Shown: positions 39,215 through 52,172 of the stretch, one piece after another
Layout of the letters: each line of letters opens with the position of its first letter
How positions within the stretch are numbered: the stretch's first letter is position 1
NCBI RefSeq assembly: GCF_006345805.1
Contig: NW_021836140.1
Span: 1-64,000 of the forward strand
Length of the DNA stretch: 64,000 nt
From: Octopus sinensis
Taxonomy: Eukaryota
Direction: 5' to 3'
Position numbers and translations under genes: made by a program
Notes under the pieces: generated by a model
The model's input: only the letters and a program-made list of their open reading frames with translations
What the model was told of the DNA's origin: nothing
Database searches by the model: none

Positions 39215-40077
39215 TACTCTAGGCACAAGGCCCGAAATTTGGGGGAGGGGGCCAGTCGATTAGATCGACCCCAGTACGCACCTGGTATTTAATTTATCGA
39301 CCCGTAAGGATGAAAGGCAAAGTCGATCTCGGTGGAATTTGAACTCAGAACATAAAGACAGACGAAATAATTCTAAGCATTTTGCTCGGTGTGCTAACGA
39401 TTCTTATTTCTTTGTTGCCCACAAGGGGCTAAACATAGAAGGGACAAACAAGGACAGACAAAGGGATTAAGTCGATTACATCTCGACTCCAGTGCGTAAC
39501 TGGTACTTAATTTATCGACCCCCAAAAGAATGAAAGGCAAAGTAAGACCTCAGCGGAATTTGAACTCAGAACATAAAGACTGACGAAATACTGCTAAGCA
39601 TTTCGCCTAGTGTGCTAACATTTATTTCTTAATTGCCCATAAGGGGCTAAACACAGAGGGGACAAACAAGGACAGAGAAAGCGATTAAGTCGATTACATC
39701 TCGACCCCAGTGCGTAACTGGTACTTAATTTATCGACGCCAAAAGGATGAAAGGCAAAGTAGGACCTCAGCGGAATTTGAACTCAGAACATAAAGACTGA
39801 CGAAATACTGCTAAGCATTTCGCCTAGTGTGCTAACATTTATTTCTTAATTGCCCATAAGGGGCTAAACACAGAGGGGACAAACAAGGACAGACAAAGCG
39901 ATTAAGTCGATTACATCTCGACCCCAGTGCGTAACTGGTACTTAATTTATCGACCCCAAAAAGATGAAAGGCAAAGTAGGACCTCAGCGGAATTTGAACT
40001 CAGAACGTAACGGCAGACGAAATACTGCTAAGCATTTCGCCCGGCGTGCTAACGTTTTCTGCCAGCCAGCTCGCTGC
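39215..40077 (-). mobile_element. Tandem array of four SINE family A units
   Basis: gaactcagaac at 39341, 39562, 39779 and 39996 (periods 221, 217, 217); only the last unit keeps the full head. Confidence 0.92.
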
Positions 40078-41439
40078 CTCAATGTGTGCACTTATTACAA
40101 TACAATACAATACTCTCTGTGCAAGACATAACATATATTTAGTTAAAGCTGATTTGTTATTTATGCTTACAATTGAAATCCACTGGCAACCAAATTTAAA
40201 TCCCATCCCATCCTCAGTCTTTCTCTTCCTGTCTCCCTCTCCCTCCCTCTCTCTCCCTCCCTCTCTCTCTCTCTCTGTTACTAACCAGCATTAATATACA
40301 AGTATTGAATTGAAGTATGTCTTCAAATGGCTTTATAAATACATTGATGTACAAGATTTATTTGATGGTTGATAATAATCGAAGGTGTAATTACCTTCCA
40401 TTCCATTGAAGACAAAATCTTGCTACTTTATATATATATTTTTTTTTTGCTTGTTTTTGTTTTCGTTGTTAGATTGTTTTATTTCCTTGCTATTAATATG
40501 TATATAATGTTTCATGACAACAATAAACAGCAAGGTACTACCGCTATAGAAAATGAAATATATATAAATGGTTACAAATTACACAGATAGATTATCCAAA
40601 TTGAAATGATATTATAATTGGCAGCTTCTGGACAGAATAATGATTAACATTATTAGAACTACAGTAATCACTGCTTCCAACACTCTTTTACCCAACTCTG
40701 CAATCTATAGTTTCTATCTCTGGTGTTTTCAGATCTTTATCAATTTTCATCATATTCATTAATATTTATTGCTATTCCTTTTTAATGCCCTATTTAAAGC
40801 ACATAAGGACGGAGAACCAAAGTGAATAAAAATTATCTGGTTTTCAATTGCATCCTTCAGTGAACAATTAACTTATCAAAGAAAGAAAATCTGTTTTAAG
40901 AATGGCTTATCAAATATTAGGAGTTAAAATGACATAATGTATCAAAGAAATTTCTAGCATTTATTGTAAAAAGTAAAAACCAAAATAAATATTTGCTTTA
41001 CTTAATGGTAAATCTCAAGGTATTTGCTTTTTGACAGAAACCAGAATGCTGTTTGCTAAACCTGAAATTCAGAATGCAATTTTCTAGACTTAAACTATTT
41101 ACTTTTTCTACCTAATGTTGCTTGCTAGCCAATAATTTAAAATTAATTTGAAAGATGACAGAAATTAGTTGCTTTCTCATCTTCTATGCCATCATCACCA
41201 AACATCAGATGCCACAACTGATTTACTGGCATTAGTTAGAACATCTATTTTCAAATGATTTCATCAGTGTGTTTATCAAATGTCTTTGTCAATAAATGTA
41301 CTTTAATGAAGTACAGACAAATATGGTAATCATTTTTAAGGAAATTGTAAATGGGAATTTTGCTTTAATGGTATCATTTTCCTTAGTCCTCAATAGCCTT
41401 TTTGATCATCCTTATGATAGTTTACTTAAGAAAGATGAG

Positions 41440-41780
41440 CTGCATCATGGAATAAGATACATCATAGAATAATGATTCATCATAAAATAAGATACATCAT
41501 AGAATAACGATGAATCATAGAATAATGATGCATCATGGGATAAGACATCATAGAATAATGAGGCATTATTGGATAAGGTACATCATAGAATAATGTTGCA
41601 TCATGAAATAAGATACATCATGGAATAAGTATGAATCATAGAATAAGCTACATCGTAGAATAATGATGCATCATGGGATAGGAAATCATAGAATAATGAT
41701 GCATCATTGGATAAGGTACATCATAGAATAATGTTGCATCATGAAATAAGATACATCATGGAATAATGAGACATCTTAGG
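41440..41780. repeat. 17-18-bp minisatellite (catcatagaataatgatg-like) with ~138-bp higher-order repeat
   Basis: aatgatgcatcatgggata at 41524 and 41662, each followed by the same succession of unit variants. Confidence 0.9.
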
Positions 41781-42929
41781 TGAGTGATGCACCATGTGTC
41801 AAGAACTTAGATTCACTGCTAAACTGTCATTTGATTTTCAGGTGGAGTACTTTATTCTGGATTGCTTTAGTTTTTAAGGATTGATAGCAGATCAAAATGA
41901 AAACTTTCGGTCTTAGACTTGAGGCTATCATTCAGTTTTAGACCATCATACTTTGTTTGATTTGGATTGCTGATTACATACAACCATGAAGAGCATAGCA
42001 GCTTGTTTATTATTAAATTCCTCATGCAAAGATCTCTACTACTAAATGCAAATCTTCTACAGTCAATAGCAATTCCAGCCACCTCTATTACAAACATTTT
42101 AGTATATTCCTGTTCATATCGGCTAAAATTTTGTTTGATCACAACTGATTGCACAATCTGCATCAATTGAATAGACTTCTGGAACAGAGTAAATCAATCC
42201 TTCACACATATTAAACAGAATATGAGGAATTTATTTGAATACAAGTTGTTTTATCATACTTACTAAAAGCTTTATATTCAACCTGGCTTCACATCAATGC
42301 ACAATTTGTTAGAATCATCAAATAATTAACATCCTTGCCATCATTTCCCCACCCTCATTCCTATCAGTAGAAGCACCATTGTTAGTATTTTCCAGATATT
42401 GTGAAAGGCATTGCCATCATCGTTCCCAACACATATTGTCATCATAATTGTCTCACTAATTCTAACCTGTGCTTCTATTATGTTAGCTCAGCCTTTGTTT
42501 ATTTCATCCACTTCTATTAGTCACAATTGATCCCAATGTTCTATACATTACTTGCGTATTTTCTAAACCATTATCTGAATGACAACCCCAATCTACTGAA
42601 ATTGTATGGTATTTCTTCATATGGCTCTCACTAAATTTCTGTATTTGTTCATTTTTCCAGAATCGAAGTGAGCCAATAAGCAAGATTCTATGTGCTTGCA
42701 CAACCTGCTAGAAATAGCAGTAAATCTCCTTAAATCACATTTTACTGATTTAACAAAAAGTCATTTGTGATGTTGTCTTACATGCACAAAAGACTGGGGT
42801 GGTTATATCTGCAATATTTTTGATCGTGAATCTACTTGCTCAAGGACCTGGGACAAACAGCTGCACTAACTAGACTCCCTCATAATAATGCCAAAACCCC
42901 CCAATTTTCTAAATGTCTTATTCCTATTT

Positions 42930-43156
42930 GTTTACTACCCATAAGGTGCTAAACACAGAGAGGACAAACAAGGGCAGACTAACGGATTAAATCGATTATA
43001 TCGCCCCCAGTGTGTAACTGGTACTTAATTTATCGACCCTGAAAGGATGAAAGGCTAAGTCGGCCTCGGCGGAATTTGAACTCAGAACGTAATGGCAGAC
43101 GAAATACCACTAAACATTTCGCCCGGCATACTAACGTTTCTGCCAGCTCGCCGCCT
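42930..43156 (-). mobile_element. SINE family A with TSD
   Basis: Full reverse-complement copy; taaatgtcttattcct flanks both ends (~42910 and ~43158). Confidence 0.92.
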
Positions 43157-44100
43157 TTAAATGTCTTATTCCTGTAAAGGCTTATAACTTCGTTCATACC
43201 ATCTATTCTTTTAAATATGAAAGAAACATTTGTAAAAGCTGACAGTATTTTCTGGAAAATCTTTTGTTCCAATAGATTGATCAAATTTATCATTAAATAT
43301 AGAAAACAAGAAATATGACGAATGGCAACTTCAGCATTTTGCAAAGGAAATAATTACCACTTTGCTTTTTACCTCAAATAAATGTTCTGTTCAAAGAATA
43401 TTTTACACAAGGGAGTTTTTATAAATAAACTTTCAGTATTTTAACTGAAAATTCATGTGGTTGAATTCACAATTTAATCAAATTTACATGTAGAACAAAA
43501 CAGTGTTAAGAAATGAACAAAGAAAGAGAATGAAATGTTTCCTTCTTTGCTGTAAGAAACGTTGCAATTTACATTGCAAGCAAACAAATATTGAGTTAAT
43601 ATTTTCATAAGAAAGTTTGTGTCACTATTTCAGTAAGTTATGATAAATATTACAGTATATATTGTAAAGAATAAGAAAACTATTGCCATATTGGTATTGG
43701 AATACTATTGTCAAGAGACAAGTGGACATTTATGCATGAATTAATTTGATATGGTGTATAAATATAACTACACAGTTCTTGACAAGGGCAGGTCATTTAC
43801 TTCATTCTTGTCATTGATATACTGGTGCTTGTAGATAAGAGTTAATCTGTCATTACAACAATATTGTAAGCTACATAACAGACTATCATTTATTCTTTTA
43901 GATTAACACTTAGCTGTAATATTTCCATTTTAGCTTGCTTTCTATTTTCTTTCTCAGTATCTCAATGTAGTTCTGGAAGTAAGATTTGAACTCCTAAATA
44001 AACAAGAAAGCATATATTACCCATTTAATAATACCTTTATATTTCGTTTTGGGGATTTGGTTTGCAAGATTCTTTATATGAGTTCGTGTGTTGAAGCATA

Positions 44101-44447
44101 GTCTGTTGTGTCTGGGGAGAGTCATTTTCTTTTTGTGCCTTATAATGTAAAATTTCCACTTTTTTGGTGCTCTCCTTTCTGAGCGGCTTGATTGGTATTA
44201 AATCAACACATGTGACCGCCTGGCCCAGAGAGCCTTGGTTGTAGCAGAAACGACTGGCAGACGACATGGCAAACAGACATGGTAAAATTTCCACTTTTTT
44301 CTTATTTTTATTTTCCTAAAATTTTCGTTGCATCTTACAACGAAAAGTTTAGGAAAATAAAAATAACAAAAAAGTGGAAATTTTACTGGTGAGTGTGTTA
44401 AATTATAAGGCACAAAAAGAAAATGACTCTCCCCAGACACAACAGAA
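44101..44447. mobile_element. MITE with 44-bp perfect TIRs and probable TA TSD
   Basis: ctgttgtgtctggggagagtcattttctttttgtgccttataat (44103-44146) and its reverse complement (44402-44445); internal gtaaaatttccactttttt repeats. Confidence 0.88.
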
Positions 44448-45509
44448 TACCTTTATAGTTATTCAGAAACTGTAGATTCTAACATAACAAGACACACAAT
44501 AACCACAAGATGATGATTTAATAGGCACAGTCATGCCCATGTGGTTGAGAAGCTCACCTTGAACCCATATAGTTTTGTGTTCAGTTCTACTGCTCTGCAC
44601 CTTGAACAAGTGACTTCTACTACAGTTCCAGGCCAGCCAATAGCTTGTGAGCGAATTTTATTGACAAACATTGTATAGAAGCCTATCATACCCACATACA
44701 TATCATATCAAGGTTCTGTGAATAAAGACAGTGACCCGAGAATATAATGCCAGATTTAGAAAAATATGGCAGTCGAAACTCTTTTCTTACAAGACAATAT
44801 CTCACAATGCATCTGCAGCACCAGTGTTAATTCCAATAATTGGGGTACTTTATCGGTCTGTAGAAGAGATCCACTTCATAGACGTTAAAACCAGCATGAT
44901 ACTGACATCAACCAGAAATTTCCACAGAAATAGTGATATCAACGGGCTCTACTGAAGAGGGGATAAAGGAAATAGAGTCTTGATATTAGTGCAGACATCC
45001 TTCAAATAAGCAACAACAGCAAAAATAAATACATTAACTTAGTGCTGAAAAATGAAGGGAACTATATCTTACTTGTTGGCAGTGAGCTGATATAAAATAT
45101 TTAACGAAAGAAACTAATGTGGCTGGTAGATGTTGGCTACTATTGTTAGTTGAGCTAATTTGCTAACTGCTAGAAGCTGTATCTGATTACTGAAGTTAAG
45201 AGCTGACTGTTATTTCTAGCGTCGGAGGTCAACAGTTGTGCATAGAAGAAAGCGACGAAATCTGGTGAGATTTACACAAACTTTATCTCTGGTTGAGAGA
45301 GGCTGAATGTGATTGTGTTTGGTTTAACGGATAGAAATAGTACTACGACAAATGTTTAGAGACTAAATGTTATTGAAATAGTATTAAGATAAAAGTTGAG
45401 AGAGTTTGAGTGATATTATAACTGAAATAGTATCAGAAAAGTTACTGCTAGTCATTGTATTACCGGGGATAGTTTGTCATGGTGATATCAGCTAGGTTCA
45501 GCCGCTGCT

Positions 45510-45620
45510 CATGTCTGTTCGCCATGTCGTCTGCCAGTCGTCTCTGCTACAACCAAGGCTCTCTGAGTCGGGTGGTCACATGTGTTGATTTAATAGCGAT
45601 CGAGAGGCTCAGAAGGGTGA
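45510..45620 (-). repeat. Diverged inverted copy of the internal segment of the 44101 MITE
   Basis: catgtctgttcgccatgtcgtctgccagtcg...cacatgtgttgatttaata = rc(~44195-44281). Confidence 0.8.
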
Positions 45621-46097
45621 GCACCAAAAATTGATATCAGTCGCTGGAGCCATTTTCCACATGAAGTCGCAATTGGCCAGATACCTGTTGATCAAGTGGG
45701 CAATATTCCAGTGAATCTCAACATTCTGGTGAATGATGAATATTCTCACTACTTTAATAAGCAAGGATTGTAAAAGAAGATGGGTATTCGCATATGTAGA
45801 ATATCCTTCTAATTTAGTGACAAAAATAAGACAAGTCTTTTCGGACATGAGAAAAACGTATAAAAATTTATTTTCTAAAGTTTCAAAAATCAGACAAACT
45901 AGAAACTGGAACTAAATTTTAAATTTTTGGCAAATCAGCCGATGGAAAAAGTGACTGACCAGTACGTGATCAATTCATGAAAAGAATGGGTAGCTTGAGA
46001 AAGAGGAAGAAGGTACTTTGATGCCTTGTGAAGTAGGAGAGAATGTAAGTTGGGAAAGCACTGGTGTGTTCAGAGAAAGATAGAAAGTGTGAAAGAG

Positions 46098-46101
46098 ATA
46101 A

Positions 46102-46166
<65 letters not shown>

Positions 46167-46171
46167 CGGAC

Positions 46172-46223
<52 letters not shown>

Positions 46224-46224
46224 T

Positions 46225-46298
<74 letters not shown>

Positions 46299-46320
46299 AT
46301 AGAATAGAATAGATAGATAT
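46098..46320. repeat. (GATA)n microsatellite
   Basis: Visible directly. Confidence 0.97.
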
Positions 46321-47075
46321 AGAGCGAGGGAAGTGTGTATGAGTTAGTGTCTGACTGACAGAGCTGTTTCAGAAGAATAAAAAACAGAGTTGGGAATGAT
46401 GAAACGAAAAGAGGAATAGATAAAATGTTAGAGATAAATAGGTATAAAGTAGGAAGCAAAGTAGAAAAATGCAATGATAGAAAGATAAATGGATGCAAGC
46501 ATTGAAAGAAAAGTACGTATAAGGAGAGAAAAAATGACAAAGATAATTATCTAGTGAAAATGCTCGATAGAGAAAGCTATAGAAAAGTAAGTGTAAAGAA
46601 ATAAGAATAAATAGGTTGGTAGATGTGTAGAGACAGAAAGATAGATAGGGAGCGATAGAGAAACGATAGATAGGAAGATAGATTGATATAGAGAATGAGG
46701 GGGAAAATAGAAAGATTAACAGAGATCGTACGAACGGAGGAAGGATAATGCGCGTTTTGACCTCGCGAAAAGGACTGATTTTAACGAACCAGGAAATGAG
46801 AAATAACCGGACTGATCGATTCAGAAAAAAGAATAGGTAGTTGGGAAAACAGGAAGGTTACATGGTGCCTTTTGAGAGGAGAGAGAAAAAGGGTATCAGT
46901 GGGTTGAGAGAAAGATAACGAGTGAGAGAGAGAGGAAGGATTATTGCAGAGATAAAACAGAGTAGGGAGTGGAGTGAAACGAAAAGCGTCATGGAAGGAT
47001 GAGTAGATGGGTAAATAGAGAGAAGACTAAATGGATGTAACTGTAGAGTGAAAGGCATAAAACGATAGAGATTAA

Positions 47076-47111
<36 letters not shown>

Positions 47112-47114
<3 letters not shown>

Positions 47115-47397
47115 AGAAATATTGAATTTCTAAATCTCTCGTAGAGACATGTACGGTGGTGGGGCGATAGAATGGTTGTATACTGTCAATCTAACAAGAA
47201 CGTGAGAGTAGGAGGTACACCACCGTTGTATAGCCCTAGGAGGCATCGAACGCCTCCTGACAGCTTCGACACATGTATATAAGGACACAGGAAAAAAATG
47301 TGTCGAAGCTGTCAGGAGGCGTTCGATGCCTCCTAGGGCTATACAACGGTGGTGTACCCCCTACTGTCACGTTCTTGTTAGATTGACAGTATACAAC

Positions 47398-47401
<4 letters not shown>
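47112..47401. mobile_element. Fold-back insertion in (TA)n (104-bp arms, 2 mismatches, 23-nt spacer)
   Basis: 47171-47274 = rc(47298-47401); same family occurs un-inverted at 54213-54490. Confidence 0.9.
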
Positions 47402-47428
<27 letters not shown>

Positions 47429-47544
47429 GTAATCACTTGACTATCGTAGGTGTTACGTTCCAAACCACCCCATGATTGGTAAAAATCTGCAAAGTAGAAT
47501 CAGTACTGTACTGTATATTTTTCATTATTTTTTATAATTTGTAC

Positions 47545-47790
47545 ATCATCATCATCATCGTTTAACGTCCATTTTCCATGCTAGCATGGGTTGGACGGTT
47601 CGACCGGGGTCTGGGAAGCCAGGAGGCTGCACCAGGCTCCAGTCTGATCTGGCAGTGTTTCTACAGCTCGATGCCCTTCCTAACACCTTGAGTGTAGTGG
47701 GTGCTTTTTCGTGCCACCGGCACAGGGGCCAGAGGAGGCAGGCAACGGTCACGATTGGTTGGTGCTTTTTACGTGCCACCGGCACGTATA
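47545..47790 (-). mobile_element. Retroposon 3' end with (TGA)n tail (RTE-type LINE or SINE tail)
   Basis: Minus strand ends ...catggaaaatggacgttaaacgatgatgatgatg. Confidence 0.6.
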
Positions 47791-47979
47791 TATTAATTTT
47801 ATTTTTATAATTCGTATATATTTATTTTATTATTTTATTATATTCAAGCTTTTATAAACTCTCCGCACGCGCTAACTTGAACGCTAAGTTCACGAGCAGG
47901 CTGTTCCTTTGATCAGATCAAGTGGAACCCTCATCGTGGTAACCGTCGGAGTGCCAGTTCAGTTACAAGCAAATTATCA

Positions 47980-48335
47980 TCTTCTCTCTATATATAAACG
48001 GCAGTTTGCCTGTGTGTCTGTTAGGTTGTACCCTCACCCTGACCACGGCTTTTAACCGATTCTGATGAAACTTGACACACACATAGCCCGATGTCATAAT
48101 TCAAAACTAACGTTCCCCCAGTTCTGAAAAAAATCGATAAATTCGACATGGGGTCGAGAATCAGGAACACAAACCACAGACTGTCTAGGGGACGCAACTC
48201 GACCTTTTTTACTCTCAAAAAAAATTTAGCATAATTTTTTTTCCATTTTTTTGCTATTTTTTGGCTATAACTCTCTAAAAATGCTTTATAGTTATTTCCC
48301 TTACAAACCCGAGCAACGCCGGGCGATACTGCTAG
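47980..48335 (+). mobile_element. Non-autonomous Helitron-like element
   Basis: 5' TC..ctatatataaacggca, subterminal hairpin cccg..cggg, 3' CTAG, inserted between A and T. Confidence 0.8.
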
Positions 48336-49676
48336 TTAACGATAAAACTAGCACAGTTTAAAAACAAAAACAAAACAAAAATATTTTAATAACAAAAACA
48401 AAAACGGGGAAAAAATAGATTTAGTATCTAAGCTGGTGAGGGCGTCTTAGGTCTAATGCAGTGAGATGAACAGCATGGTCACTCAGCAGGTGATAGATAC
48501 TGTATTTTTCAGTACACAAGTCGAGTCTTTCAGACCTATATTTACAGCCGAAAGAGTTGGATCGACTTATATGCCAGAACGACTTTGGAGGACGAAAGAT
48601 TCGTTAAATGCAATAGGATTCGGAAAAGCAGTGACAATGTTTGAATGTTTGCACTACATTTTTACACTATATACATAACTATGTAGGAAAATATGGTATG
48701 TAATTTGAGACTTGACTGTGGGATTGTTATTTTTTAGTCATTTATTAATGTACGGAAAGGCAGCAACTATGATTCATAATTTTTTTCAGAGCCTTTCAGA
48801 TGAAGAAAGAAGGATGAAATTGTTTACAAATGCCGCGAAATGAACACCAGTAAAACTTCACTCCGTTTTAGTCCCGGTGGTGGTCTAAAAGTAGGTGAAA
48901 GATTAACATTGCCACAAAGAAACTTAGAATACAAAGAGCCTGAACATATGTCGTAAGATATCATTGGAGATTGTAGATTGGTTTGTTATTTTACCACCCG
49001 AGAAAGAATAATAATCATAATTTTGCAAACATGAACACATACACACACATAAATATAAGTCATGCGTGTGTATATAAATGTGTGTGTGTGTGTGTGTGTT
49101 TGTGTGTGTATGTATATAAATTAGAGAAGAACCACCATGTAGCAATTCATGAATGATATAATTAAATCATACCATATAGAAAAAAATTAAATATACGATA
49201 AAACATTTACCTAGAACTAAATAAAGTACAAAATAATAAATAAATAGTATATAATTATATACGGTTATCAATTTGTGCTGCAAAATTCCTGATGTGAAAT
49301 CGTGTGTTGAATCCGATAGTGTCGTATTTTGGGATGGTCATGTTTTTTTTGGGTTTTTTTAAATAAACACAGGCACTATAGATCTTTTCATCACTCGTTT
49401 ATTACTGTTCTTATTTTATTATTTTAACACATGTCCATACATACATACACACACGCACACACCATTTGTCGAGTAAATATACTACAGCGAAATAGCCTTC
49501 CTGTCACCAACCTTCAACTGTTTCCAAAGTAATATTCTTCAATGGCACGACGTGTCTTTCATGGAATAATAAACACAGATAACATCACTTGTGTGTCGAT
49601 TTAGCTCGTTTATAACCTCCACGTTATATCAAAGCAAGGCTGCATGCAAACACACACACACGCACATCTCTCTATC

Positions 49677-49740
<64 letters not shown>

Positions 49741-49743
<3 letters not shown>

Positions 49744-49940
49744 AGAGTTTACGAAAATAAACAAAAGACGAAGGCAGGTGGTGTACAAAACAAACAGATG
49801 TATTAGTATAACGCTCAGGAATAGAAAAAGTCTTTTACGTTTCGAGCCTACGCTCTTCTACAGAAAGGGACACAGAGAAAAACAAGGAGAGAAACAAGGA
49901 GACAAAAAATGTGTGTAGTGGCTAACGATCTATCATGGTG
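49741..49940 (-). mobile_element. Solo, diverged copy of the PLE terminal repeat inserted in (TA)n
   Basis: Reverse complement aligns with 4448-4657 (aaaagacgaaggcaggtgg, cgctcagga, gctaacga). Confidence 0.9.
49832..49867 (-). ncRNA. Minimal hammerhead-like motif in the solo pLTR
   Basis: Minus strand CTTT-CTGTAGAA-GAGC(GTAG)GCTC-GAAAC-GTA-AAAG; same U at position 6 as the 4522 copy. Confidence 0.7.
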
Positions 49941-50231
49941 ACTCATATATATATATATAAAGGTAAGCAGAGTAAGTGGTTGGAATAACTGTCTAAGGGA
50001 TAAGAATATCCGTTCTTACTACCGGTATCACCTACCTATGCTATCCCTGGGCATAGGTATGCAAGCACTCTATGCTCATAGGGTACAGGTAATAACTGAA
50101 TAAACAAAAGTTTATCAGGAATAACAGAAAATGGAGTAAACTTTTGATCAACAAATTGACCAACGTCGGTTAATTAATTTTTAATCCAAAACATGACATA
50201 ATATATATGGGTGTGTGTGTAATTTGTTTTT

Positions 50232-50445
50232 TCTTTTACATGCTTTAGCCATTTGACTGCGGGCATGCTGGAGCACCGCCTTTAGTCGAGCAAATCGACC
50301 CCAGAGCTTATTCTGTGTATGCATAGTACTTATTCTATCGATCTCTTGTGCCGAACCGCTAGTTTACGGGGACGTAAACACACCAGCATCAGTTGTCAAG
50401 TTATGTTGGAGGGGGACAAACACGGACACACAAACAAACACACAC

Positions 50446-50482
<37 letters not shown>

Positions 50483-50738
50483 CATATGCGACGGGCTTCT
50501 TCCAGTTTCCGTCTACCAAATTCACTCACAAGGCTTTGGTTGGCCCGAGGCTATAAGAGAAGACACATATATATAGGCGCAGGAGTGGCTGTATGGTAAG
50601 TAGCTTACTTACCAACCACATGGTTCAGGGTTCAGTCCCACTGCGTGGCACCTTGAGCAAGTGTCTTCTACTATAGCCTCGGGCCGACCAAAGCCTTGTG
50701 AATGGATTTGGTAGATGGAAACTGAAAGAAGTCCGTCG

Positions 50739-50772
<34 letters not shown>

Positions 50773-51014
50773 TGTATGTATGTATGTATGTGTATGTATG
50801 TATGTATGTGTATATATGTTTGTGTGTCTGTATTTGTCCCCGCAGCATCGCTTGACAACCGATTCTGATGTGTTTACGTCCCCGTAACCTAGCGGTTCGG
50901 CAAAAAAGACTGATAGAATACGTACAAGGCTTACAAAGAATAAGTTCTGGGGTTGATTTGCTCGATTAAAGGCGGCGCGCTCCAGCATGGCCGCAGTCAA
51001 ATGACTGAAACAAG
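50232..51014. mobile_element. Head-to-head pair of family B SINEs (minus 50232-50565, plus 50575-51014)
   Basis: Both match family B in opposite orientations, about 10 bp apart. Confidence 0.9.
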
Positions 51015-51057
<43 letters not shown>

Positions 51058-51859
51058 CACACATACACACGCACCCGTGTGTTTGTGTCTGTGTGTTAGT
51101 GCAAAGCAAAGTTTATCCCAGAAGGATTCAAACTCGAGGTGCTGAAAGCTGGAACACGTGCCACAAGCCATTTCAGATATCACTCTAACTCAGATAATTA
51201 CCTACACACGACCAAGTCGCTGTTCTTATTGCTATTTTATAACTCAAGTTGATGTTTATAGTATTTAATATCTTTTCTCATTTATTTTTCTGTAATATCA
51301 TGCATTATATTGATCCAAAAATTCATGATTTATAGATTTTATTTCAATAAGGGCATTTACTGCCTGTTAAATACTTTATAGCAAGTAACTTGACAGGTTA
51401 TTGTGCGTTATATCATATTTCATAGAATTTGCGTAAGATGAACAAAAGGTCTTTCTTAATGACCCTATACAATGTCAGCTGAAGGTATTCAATGATCAAT
51501 AGGTGGACAGACATTAAATACTGTAGAGGTACCAGTGGGGACTAATTACTATCTGAAGTTTTAATTATAATTAGTTTTGTCATTGATATATGTGTGTGTT
51601 TGTGCATACGCGTGCGTGTGTGTATGCATACATATATAAATAAATATGTATGTATGTATATATATATATATGTCTGATTATGTGTGTGTGTGTGTGTGTG
51701 TGTGTGTATTCGAGCGCGTGTGTCTGTGTGCGTGCTCACGCATGTTTAGATAAATATAGTGAAGATTGTTGAAGATAGGTTTAATGATACCCCCTTTTTC
51801 TTTTAAATTTGTTATGAAGTACAGCAGTTCCCTCCTCATTCTCTCATTTACATCTGATG

Positions 51860-52132
51860 GCCACTTTGAAAGGAGCTGTAACTAGGAAGATGAGAACGAT
51901 AGTGCAAGTGATATACCAGGTATGCCAAAATGCCTGGTGTGAAGGAGGGAAAAATCCATCAAAGAACTTGCTACAAGTCAGTGATAGACTGCAGCAGAAC
52001 TGGAAAGAGAGCTAAAGCACCCGAAGGAAAGAGGGAAGAAGATGACGAAGGGAAAGTTGCCTTAAAGCAACTAAGCTCAGGGTTACGGAAAAATCAGCTC
52101 CAACTTCGTAGGGCCGATTCACTTTGGAAAAA

Positions 52133-52172
<40 letters not shown>

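Noticed and set aside
41240-41275. CTGATGA-AATCATTT-GAAA on the minus strand
   Set aside because: No stem I or stem III pairing; likely a chance match in AT-rich DNA.
41440-41780. Possible CRISPR-like array
   Set aside because: Contiguous degenerate units with no spacers and no cas genes, in a eukaryotic context.
49285-49320. CTGATGT...GTTGAATCCG possible decayed hammerhead
   Set aside because: Both core segments are altered and no convincing stems remain.
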